NCBI RefSeq assembly: GCF_001194135.2
Contig: NC_068987.1
Location: 94,079,526 to 94,143,525, forward strand
Origin: Octopus bimaculoides
Taxonomy: Eukaryota
Length of the DNA stretch: 64,000 nucleotides
Reading direction: 5' to 3'
A program made the position numbers and the translations under genes. The notes under the pieces are model-generated. The model saw only the letters and a program-made list of their open reading frames with translations, was not told the DNA's origin and ran no database searches. Shown here piece by piece: positions 53,695-64,000 of this stretch; within the stretch, counting starts at the first letter, position 1; every line of letters begins with the position of its first letter.

Positions 53695-53765
<71 letters not shown>
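53426..53765 (+). mobile_element. R4/Dong-type RLE retrotransposon 3' fragment with (TAA)n tail
   Basis: Encodes RYDRLDWEVKQLWSMKKVAVVPITIGALGTVSKNLEKY. The tail is at 53695-53765. Confidence 0.85.
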
Positions 53766-53767
<2 letters not shown>

Positions 53768-54072
53768 AAAGACCTGGAAATAGAGATAACTCGAATGTGG
53801 AGTCTAAAAACAGAAACAATTCCTATCATAGTAGGCGCTTTAGGTATAATAAAAAAAATATTCAGACAAATACATAACAAAACTACCAGGACTTACAAAT
53901 ATATATAACATACAGAAAATTGCACTACTGGGCACTGCACACATTCTACGCAAAACACTTTCAATACAGTAAACATAAGAGCACCACAGCAAACCACAGC
54001 ACATACCCAAGGCGCACAGAGCTGCGCTCGGCAGTGAAGTGAAAGCACGTTATAAAAATAAAACTACTGAAC

Positions 54073-54108
<36 letters not shown>
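53766..54108 (+). mobile_element. Second, different R4/Dong-type 3' fragment with (TAA)n tail
   Basis: Encodes KDLEIEITRMWSLKTETIPIIVGALG../KYSDKYITKLPGLTNIYNIQKIALLGTAHILRKTLSIQ*. The tail is at 54073-54108. Confidence 0.9.
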
Positions 54109-54109
<1 letters not shown>

Positions 54110-54640
54110 TTGAACAAAACATCCAGTTATCCAAAGTTGAATTATTCAAACCCCAAAGAATTCCTTTCAACACATGGTTATGATGCTCCTGCCCTGCATC
54201 TGCTTGTGATCGTAGATGCACATATCGTCAGCCACTTGGGACATGCTCAAATTGTTAAGGTCAAACACCTGACATGCAAATCTGGTATTGAGCAGAATAT
54301 AAGATGGGCTACAGTAAATATTCTGTTTGGCTAATTCACCTTGGGAAACATGTGTGCCTTGTTCAACATCCTTAAACATCACTTATTCATTCAGGGACCT
54401 TTTGAGCGGGATGGGCTACTCCACCTGAAGAAAATTCTTACTGGGCCCCCACCTGCAAGGTCATGCGCTGTTTATCTTGTCATCAGATCACCATGTCACG
54501 CACTCATGGTTTTGACCCATGTGCCTGATGTACCTTTATCAGACGGGTAGTCATGATGGATATAATGGGCTTCGTATATTGTATCCCAGTGTCAATTTGA
54601 TAGCATGCACTGTCCTCTCACTCAATTATGATAAAATAAT
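54109..54640 (+). mobile_element. Family E copy with an inverted 5' segment (54109-54300) and an internally deleted forward segment
   Basis: 54109-54300 is the reverse complement of the region matching ~53047-53230. The forward part skips most of that same region. Confidence 0.8.
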
Positions 54641-54871
54641 GACTAAAGGTGATTTGTTCAACTAAACCTTTCAGGGCTCCAGCATGGCCGTAGTAAATTT
54701 GTAAGAATATATCTCCTCAGCTTCTCCTGATGGCATCTCAGCGTAGACGTCTTCACGTGCGGCGCGGCAGCATGGCGGCACTATTTGGGTTTGAATATTT
54801 ACAGGCCTGGGCACAACCGAGTTTCTCCTGATAAAAATCATGCATAAGTGAGAGAGAGCGAGAGAGAGAGG

Positions 54872-54872
<1 letters not shown>

Positions 54873-54957
<85 letters not shown>

Positions 54958-54959
54958 AA

Positions 54960-54990
<31 letters not shown>

Positions 54991-55012
54991 AAGAAGAAGA
55001 AGAAGAAGAAGA
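54873..55012. repeat. Compound (AAT)n(AAG)n microsatellite
   Basis: Read directly from the sequence. Confidence 0.98.
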
Positions 55013-55141
55013 AACAAGTAAATTACATCAAGGATGAAAGGCTCTCAGGATTTGAACTCCAGGCGCACATTTGGAACTCAGACCACAAACAATTTTATCC
55101 GTTTCTTTAATAATTTTGCCAACCAACCGCCGTATATGTAT

Positions 55142-55174
<33 letters not shown>

Positions 55175-55227
55175 CACAGTCACATTACATACATATGATT
55201 GTGTGTGTGTGTGCGTGTGTGTGTGCG

Positions 55228-55282
<55 letters not shown>

Positions 55283-55589
55283 GTACTTGTATGGATGTTT
55301 AGATATACATGTGTCTAAAACTATGTATATTAACATTTAAGATTGAAAAATTTTGTAATTTTATAATGTATTTATAAATCTAAACACATATTGGCGCGTG
55401 TGTGCCTGCATGTGTGTCTGTGTGTCTATGTGAGTCTATGTGTAAGTCTTTATGTGTGTATGCATGTGTGTGTGTTTGTGCGTGAGTGAGTGTCTTTGTG
55501 ATTAAATGAAATTCAGAAGTGAGAGAAATTAATATAAAAAGCGAGTTTTAGCAATAAAAATCACACAGACGCGCGCACACACACTCACC

Positions 55590-55631
<42 letters not shown>

Positions 55632-56264
55632 CTCTCTCTCTCTCTCTCTTTCACACGCACAAATGGTCATACGTACTTATACATTCGCAGTCACACATTC
55701 GCACACATTCATATGTACACACATACATCTCACTCTCACGCACACACAATCATACAAGCACACACTAACACTAACGCAATCACATGATATGAAACCACAC
55801 TTCATTTTCTCTAATTAATTTATTAATGAAATTGATTTTATTAATTTGTCTTCCGTTATGGAAAAACAACACGTCATAAATTAAAACCAAAAGTTGTTGC
55901 AAAAACCTATATAAAATAACACAAACACACACACACGACTACACACACAAATATACACGCTCATGTACACTCACGCGCACACACACACACATAATGTACT
56001 TCTAACCACCAAGTGTTGCAAATGTGATCACCATCAACATCAGCATCATCATCATCGCTAGAAATAAGAGCACACAGCACAATCCTCAGAAACGGTCTCT
56101 CCACAGCCTCCACCATTGCTGCTATCCCTAACAGTTCTTCAATGACAACACAGAAACATGAACCTATTCCGCCATGACTGACATCTGCAACACCGTCACC
56201 TCTCCAAGCAAATGTCATACAACTACCATCAGTCATAAACGTCATCACTTCAACAAGTAATAAT

Positions 56265-56553
56265 GGTTCCAAAAGTTGGCACGAGGCCAGCAATTTGGGA
56301 AAGGTGGGTGGGGGGGAGGCTAAGTCGATTTCATCGACCCCAGTGATCCACTGCTACTAAATTCATTGATCCCCAAAGGATGAAAGGCAAAGTCGACATC
56401 GGCGGAATTTGAACTCAAAATGTAGCGGTAGGCGATGTACTGCGAAGCACTTCGTCCAGCGTGCTAGCGATTCTACCAACTTACCGCCTTCATAATAATA
56501 ATAATAATAATAATGGTTTCAAATTTTGGCACCAAAGCCAATTCGACATCTTC
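56265..56553 (-). mobile_element. SINE family B, full copy plus an upstream extra 3'-end piece, inside an 18-bp direct repeat
   Basis: Core 'ggatgaaaggcaaagtcgacatcggcggaatttgaactc'. 'cttcaacaagtaataatg' occurs at 56248-56265 and 56554-56571. Confidence 0.75.
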
Positions 56554-57352
56554 CTTCAACAAGTAATAATGACATTTGTTTAACCAATCATATCGCCTTC
56601 AGGAAATTCAAGAGATACTTGACAACTATTTCTATCCAACATGATAGAAATAGCTGTCAAATACTCCTTACATTGTGATCTAATGAGTTGTATAATTGGC
56701 AGGACACTTTATATTACAGTATATCACATACTTTTAAAACTGGATGATCATGGATGGGCTGTCTTTGATCATAGATCTGCATTATCCTGTCTGACAACAA
56801 CAACAACAACGTCATCGTCTTTCTGCATTCACCAAATCTTCCTCAAACGAACAGTAACAACACCACAAATAACAAAAATGTGACAACAATCATGTGACCA
56901 TCACCATAAACAATATCACCACCAAAACTCGTTGACAACGTGTCCTGTATGACATCAAAACTGTCAGATACTGCCTGATAAATTCTGGGAGACATTAGAT
57001 GAAGGTTCTTTACGAAAAGTTGCAATGATTATTTGGGCAATGGCAGCGTAGCGATGCTTTGGATCTGGAATGGATATCAAAACCTATAAGGTATGTTTTA
57101 AAATATATCCAAACAAGGTGATGATTTGCACGTCTAACCGAGCACCAAGACAAGACATTAATCAGGCCTGATGCAACTCTGGGTAAGTCATTATGCTGAA
57201 GCACGTCAGTCGCGGATGCTACCTAAAACTGCTTACCACAATTAGTCATTAGTCATGAATCATTAGACATAAGGTTCCTGCATGATAATATTACACTGAC
57301 ACAAGCTGTGTCCCCATTATTAGCAAAACGTCACACAATAATACATACATAT

Positions 57353-57407
<55 letters not shown>

Positions 57408-57639
57408 CAGAGAGAGAGAGAGTGAGGCGGCTCGATCACCACCACCACCACCACTACTACTAAAACTCCCCCACCTTTCTATCTACACCACACTTATTTT
57501 CTCTTCATCGCCTTCTTTGGAGGTTTGATTAGTTTTTATTAAATGAAAACGCAGGCATATACACTTGCCCTGTTAACGCCATCTTTCTCTCGTCCATCAG
57601 TCAATCAAATGTCGCACAGACAAAAGTGAAATAAAAGAG

Positions 57640-58130
57640 ATCGTTACTGGATGCAGGTCTTACTTCCAAAAAGTTAACCGTTGAATTATTTATCAGCAAA
57701 ATTTAAAACATCTCCCGAAGGACAAACTGAAAGCAAAACAAACCTGAACGCGAAACTGATCGCCATCGACATCTCCAGTGCACAAAGAAATCACAGCAGA
57801 AAGTAAACAAGACATCATTCGAAGCAAGCTATGAGGAAAGACCCTCATCAGTGGCACCCGGGATGGATTTGATATTGGAATATGAATACAAAGAAATGTA
57901 GAAAACAGAAAAATATGCACAGACAAATATATTTCCAATCGATAATGCACAGCAATCTTTTCCAGTTGGCATATTTAACACAGGAATCATAACGGTGAAA
58001 TATCGATGAGAGGTTAAAGCATCAAGAAGCAAGCCATATTTTGGTTAACCTTGTCGAATCTTGGGAAAATGTGGAGTCAATGCACCAACTTTGACAACAG
58101 GAAAATGGTAAAAATTATATGACAGAATTC
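57640..58130 (+). pseudogene. Possible very old pogo/Tigger-type DDE transposase remnant
   Basis: The fragments IFPIDNAQQSFP, TGIITVKYR, LVESWENV and PTLTTGKW*KL echo the motifs LLIDNAPSHP, DQGII..K.Y, AWEEV and STL..CWKKL in the right order, but all frames are broken. Confidence 0.3.
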
Positions 58131-58979
58131 CTGGGTATCAACTTAGTATGTAGCAGAAATTGAATTGTGTGTCATGGAAGCACTTTGAATAAAGGAATCA
58201 TTTCTACAGATTGATGCTTGGGACATTTTAGGCATAAACAAACCGTAAGACAGGAGTCTAAGTGAATTAATATTTTACTTAATCAAATTGACATTATTTA
58301 ATTTTTGGATGAAAGAACCTTAGTACATTCCAAAGTGCCTCTCAATTGATTGGTAACGTCGACAATAGTCACTTCTGCGAGGTGGTTTGAACTTTTGCCT
58401 CAACGCAATCCAGTTCTTCAAACACATGAGAGGAACGTCAAAGAAAGCAAGGAGAAGGAGAAAGGTTGCGAGTATATTGTTCCTTAACTAAGTCAAAAAA
58501 TAAATACATTTCTCTTTTCTCCGTCTTGCTTTAAAAACTCATACTCACCGAATGATCAAGAATAAAAAAGCTATTTAATGATGCAACACATAATTCTGCA
58601 TCAGGTGTCGAACAGGCAACATGTATCATACATTACATTCAAAGTATAGATTATGAGTTTAAGATTCAGAAGAGATTTTTATCCTTTGATGACTGTTGTG
58701 AGAAACACGTTCTGAGATTGTAAACTTGATAAAGGAAACATTGAGCTAAAAATGCAATCTCTTCAAAGATTTCACGGGTCAAAGATACGACAATGATGTC
58801 AGTATAGCAGCTTTATACAAAGAAATATAAAGTGTATAGTGAAGTATCAGAGGTAAAAGAATCAGAAAGGATATTATCTAGTCAAAATTCTTTGGTCATT
58901 TTTTGTTCATATGTGGATTCCATACACAGAATTTGTATGGTAAGGATTCTGAAGAATGCTTTATTGCTCAGTTTTTCAG

Positions 58980-59037
58980 AACGATGGCAAATTCTTCCGA
59001 CCACTCTCGGGGTGTCAATTCTTGCAACGATCCCATG
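58980..59037 (+). CDS. Candidate isolated 58-nt exon (unassigned)
   Basis: Acceptor 'ttgctcagtttttcAG', consensus donor 'ATG|GTAAGT', ATG at 58984 in an ACGATGG context. All three frames are open (e.g. MANSSDHSRGVNSCNDPM). Confidence 0.3.
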
Positions 59038-61582
59038 GTAAGTCAGCGGTTTGTTGCAATATAATCGAACTTGTAAAATCCTTTACATCGCATTTCAATG
59101 ACCTGAAATATAATCTTGTAAGTTAATCTGACGCCAGACATCAAAATTAATCTAAAGAAGAGCTTTCAGTTATATAATCATGTCCTACCTTTGTTTCAAC
59201 ACCCTTCCTCCTATTGGCATCTGCAATATCGTATAAAGGACGCCACAGGTTGACACTGAAGGGGAAAACATTAACAAAGCCCCACTGAGTCCCTGCAGAA
59301 ACTATCAGATCCATTTGGTACAGAATCAAAACATGTCACGATGTCAGCAAATTGAAATTAAGATAAACAACTGAAAGAACGTGAGAGAATTTTTTTCATG
59401 CGAACCATTCAAGTGATGAAAGCCAGTCATCCGGATCCATATGTAGGATTCATTATTTTGATTTTTATGTCCTTGTCAATTCTTTAAGTGGAAGGCTAAC
59501 AAGATTGGAAGCTGAAAAGAAAATTTCCTTCGCGTTTTCATTCTTCTGGCAATAGTTGTTTCTGCCTCAATAAATCGTTTGACCAGAAACGAAGCGATTC
59601 AAATATAAAGAACTTTCAGAGTAATTAATTGACATAAAAACTATGACACTGTGGGAAATAAAAGAAAATAAGAATTAAATATATGGATTTACATTACAAA
59701 ATACACAACGCCATGTTGTACTACATTTGTAATCATCACTCCGGATTTTCTCACCAACTTTGCAAAGCCAGGCACAGCATGGTATTCAGAGAGTGAGCTT
59801 AAACTGATAAAGAGTTATCTAAAAACAAATACGTCTGATAATTTGTCTGAGGGCCTTAGCTGCTCTACTCAACATTGAATAGGAATTCCGTTGAAATATC
59901 AACATTAGATCATCATATAAAACTTTGTACACAAGAAACCACTCAAAGTCTTCTGAAGAAGTGAAACCATAAGACATTCTGGGATTTTTTATAGTAAAGA
60001 ATTAATGAAAATGATGTCGTTGTTCTTGGTTTTATTAAGTGATGGGTGGAGCTGTAAAATAGCCGCATACTTCATGGAAGAAATATTTCTTTCGGTAGCC
60101 GTGAGTACGATCACAGATGATTGATTGCCAAGAAAAGGGAAGATAAAAACATTACAAAATGTAAGGAAGATTGTTAAAAATAGGAAAAACAACCAGTAAG
60201 AGAGTTGTTATTTTTGTTTTACCCCCAGGTCAAAACAAAAATGGAAGGGATACGTGATTAATTACATTCCATCTGTCACCATCAGGTATATCCCCCCACC
60301 CCAACCTCACCAACCAGAGTGCACTCAGGTGACATTATCCAATATAGCATTATTTTGCACAATGACTGACAGAGTATGATTTGAGAGATATTTAGCTATT
60401 ACAACTAGTAAGTGGAACGCCCCTGTAGAAGCTCCAGTTGATAAGTGCTATGTTTGTTGTAATGTTGTCAAATCTGACTGTTTTAAATAAGTAAAAAAAA
60501 AAAGGGTAACACTGCAATGTCAACAGAGATTTAAAGTAGATGGGCGACTATAAAAGAGAAAGAGAAAACTGTAATCGAAAAAATGTCTGTTGTAAGAGCC
60601 TATAGAATTTGTTTTCAAACAGACTGAGCAATTGAGGCAAAGTTACAAGATATAAGGGCGAAATATGTTAAATCATGGATCTGGAAAAACATGGCAGAAA
60701 AATTTAAACCAGCACTTCACAATCTTTTCTTTAACTAACACGTTTCATCGCCACCGTTATACGATTCAACGCTCTCCTTTCATTTCATAGTGAACATATA
60801 CCTATTATAAGGCCAATATAATTTAGTTGCTGGACTACGTTTGACGTGAAGGACTAATTACAATATAAACAACCTTTATCTATAAACCCGTTGTGGCCAG
60901 ATGGAATTTGTCTTATGACTCTTATAGCTTGCGTCAAACTTATACATATGCGTGCGTGTTCACACACAAGAATGTTACAGAATGCTTCGGGTGCAGCGGT
61001 CGTCTTTATTGTATGTAAAGAAATACCAACAAATACTGACAATGACTTTGAAATTACAATTTAGTTTATTGTTTACATGTTGACCTGCATCGCTGATATA
61101 TATTTATCGCGATGTATAATTCTTGTTGATGCCGTTGCTTTAATTGTAATGTGCCGTAATATTATATTTCATATTTTGTTTCAAGTCAATGACCAAAAGA
61201 GTTGTACGGACACACCAGTATCTCCTCGTTACCGACCTCTCCGTCTAATTCCCATGTAAATCCGTTCTAAGCAAAAAAGAAGCATAACATATTTGAATAT
61301 ACGTCAATAAATGAAATAGGGAAAGAAATTTGGGAAATGTAACTGGATGTTATCGTTGTTTTCGTTGGAGGAACTGAGACAAGACAAACACAGAGAGAGA
61401 AAACAAAAAACAAAAAAAAACAAAAAAAACATTGGAAGTGACACCCAGCAACAGACTTACAGAAGAAAAAAAGCACTGCCAGTCTCTATTCTACAAGAAT
61501 TCCTTTTAAAGTTCTTGAAAGCTGAGAATTTTCTCACTAAATCTCATGACATTACATCATTGAAATGATCCGGGTGGAACTT

Positions 61583-61644
<62 letters not shown>

Positions 61645-61800
61645 ATACTACTACTAATACTGCTGCTGCTGCTGCTACTACTACTACTACTACTACTAAT
61701 GCTGCTGCTACCGCTGCTACTACTACTACTACTACTACTACAAATAATAATAATAATAATAATGATGATAATAATAATAATAATAACAACAACAACAATT
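61583..61800. repeat. Compound (ACT)n/(GCT)n/(AAT)n array
   Basis: Read directly from the sequence. Confidence 0.95.
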
Positions 61801-61929
61801 GCAACAATGGTTCCTTTATTACCCGTGCAGGCGCACACAAGAAAAACGAGGCCATTACAAGGACAAGGTTACAGAAAACAAGGGCGGGGCTGTCTAGAAA
61901 CAAAATGTACATATGGAAACAAAATTTCA

Positions 61930-63720
61930 AACATCATTTTTGCCGATCCAATTAAGGTCAGTTTCCTCTCGACCCATTTATGGCTAAGGCTGACCACCCT
62001 GCTCGTCATTCCAGTCAAGTACTCGTCCAGATCAAACCCCGAGATATTTAACCGGTCTGTACAGAGCTCCACGCGACACAGTTAAATGACATGGATCTTC
62101 CTCGCCGGCTGCTCATTTGCAGGCCCACCAACTGTTCCTGATTGATATTGAGTTGTGTCACTGCTTTGTACTCTTTAGAGCGGTGCTAATCACTTCGATG
62201 TGATTGGTGTTTTACAGTATAAAAGTGAGATATGTTGAGACAAAACTTCAGCATTTAGTTGGCGCAGGATGCACCTCAATATCTCAAGTTATGGCAGAAG
62301 TTTCAAAAGTCAGTTAATAATACAGTAGAGGCCGCCTTGACGGAATGAAAGCATGATACAGAGTAATTCCGATAGGAGAACATTTACTCTAATCACTACA
62401 ATGTCACTGTAGGTTGTCATGGTCCAGCTGTCAAGACTTGACCGAAACCCGTCCCGATGTGAGAACTGCCACCAAGTATTAATGATCAACACGATCGAAA
62501 ACTTTTAATTGGACGAATACTTCGACCAATCAAAATTTAATCAGAATTTCACCAATGCTAATGTCTCTGCTGCATCTTCTTTATGATGTATCGCATAACG
62601 TGGAGTTTGTTGGAGATAGAAATCTCTTCGAGATGGCGCATCCGGAGCAGAAAATATGCGATAAACACCAACCACTTTGCTAACATCTTGAATTCTGTCT
62701 CCAGCAAAATTATGGGCAGAAAATAATTAATTTGAACCCTGTGATCGAGTCAGTCCTTTCTCAGCAGCAGCTCACGCCTCCGCACCCATAAATTAGAATT
62801 CTTTCGTTCTGCTTTCACACATGGTAGACATCAGCCAAGCCTTCACTCAATAAATTTGGTATATAATTGTAGATCCCGTAGGGTAGATTATCCAAACCAA
62901 GTTATTTGTCCTTCGTTCAGCTTAGCAATGGCTTCACGTATTTCAGTGTCTCTTATCGGCTTTCAGCAGCACTCCATCGAGACACTGTCGAGATTTGACA
63001 TTAGGCCATTGAGGAAGGCACTCAGGCACTGAAATCCCTTCAGTGATACAGCCTATCATTTGTCCCGAACACCCGAACGAGGTGCCACTGACAACCCTAC
63101 ACATCGGCTTGTGCACGTAGCATGTGGTTATTGTGCGCCGCCAAAGTCTGGACTGTGTCTATGTTACCATGTAGTGCTTCCACTGCCCGGAACCATCGAA
63201 CGGCTTTCGTTACTGCGTGTTTTAGAGCAGGCGCCTTAGCTCTGATGAACCAAACATCGTGCATTGCGTGGAGAAAATGGCCTTCAGCAAATCATGCTGC
63301 GTCCACGCCAATCGCCATGTCTTTCCTAAGCGGCTCTTGTTATTTCTTAAATATGTTTCCTTCGAGTCTACTTTTTTTCTACCGCTAATTATTTTTTGAT
63401 TCTCCTCTAATCACTCCTTTCAAAGTGAACCACCATTTTTTTGTTGATGACTGCCTCCGTCAATACCCACTTAATTAATTCGCTAAACTGGGTCTCTGGA
63501 AGTCTGGCGCACAGGGAAGTTGTGTTCATCTTCTAGCAGTAACGTCTGGAAGCCTTTCTAGTTCGTCGGTATGAATCACAGCCAACGATTTGAAATTGTG
63601 GTTAACCTTTGCTACTCTCGTCTATTGGCCTACAGAATACACTATTTTGATATGATCTGCATAACCCGTTGCACTTGAGGAAGCGCAGGCTTCCGTCTTT
63701 GAGTGCGTTCTCACGAGTAA
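61930..63720 (-). mobile_element. L1/Tx1-clade LINE internal fragment (end of endonuclease through RT), decayed
   Basis: Minus-strand motifs occur in order: EIREAIAKL..GLDNLP, PIILLETEFKMLAK, NKLHVMRYII, FDRVDH*YL, RQG, TSRVVSLSHKWVERKLTLIG. There are many stops and frameshifts, and the YADD motif is eroded. Confidence 0.88.
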
Positions 63721-64000
63721 GTCGTTGTAAAACCTTTTGTTTTTATTTTTCGTACCCTCATCCTCAGTACTTGATTGCTTCTTTATTTCATCAACCGCAA
63801 TCTAATGTAAACTGATACTGATTTTGATGGAATCTGCCGTGAAAACGTAAAGAGCAGTGACATTGTTTTTGAACGTTTTGTCTTAATCGAGACAGAATAC
63901 GTCTTCAGACACGGCACTATTGGGATTTTCAAACATCGGAGGTTATGACGGCAATATCTACGGTAAATAATGAAATAAATTGTTGATATAAACATACTCC

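Noticed and set aside
57080-57190. Two consensus-like splice donors (AAG|GTATGT and TGG|GTAAGT)
   Set aside because: The upstream frames are closed and there is no convincing acceptor. At most these would be UTR exons.
61180-61260. Acceptor-like site followed by VNDQKSCTDTPVSPRYRPLRLIPM*
   Set aside because: It is short, has no recognisable homology, and is indistinguishable from chance without RNA data.

Overview
AT-rich, microsatellite-saturated eukaryotic DNA with 13 assembly gaps, most of them abutting (TA)n or other simple repeats. The repeat content resembles an octopus/cephalopod genome (inference, not verified). No complete protein-coding gene is recognisable, and most ORFs in the track are translations of microsatellites or N-runs. 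The window is a mosaic of tRNA-derived SINEs, decayed LINE fragments (RTE, CR1, L1/Tx1, and restriction-like-endonuclease R4/Dong-type elements next to microsatellites), a 1010-bp solo LTR splitting a SINE, and Penelope-like terminal-repeat remnants. The most interesting signal is a set of at least five type I hammerhead ribozyme motifs. One has a fully canonical core (7445-7530, minus strand). One has a U4C core inside a 142-bp palindrome (77-122). Two related copies have an A6U core (9758-9800 and 24566-24605), and one copy is decayed (21251-21288). The intact ones have a minimal palindromic stem III, which suggests dimer-dependent cleavage, and they sit in short non-coding elements flanked by microsatellites. 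Two isolated exon candidates are reported at low confidence.
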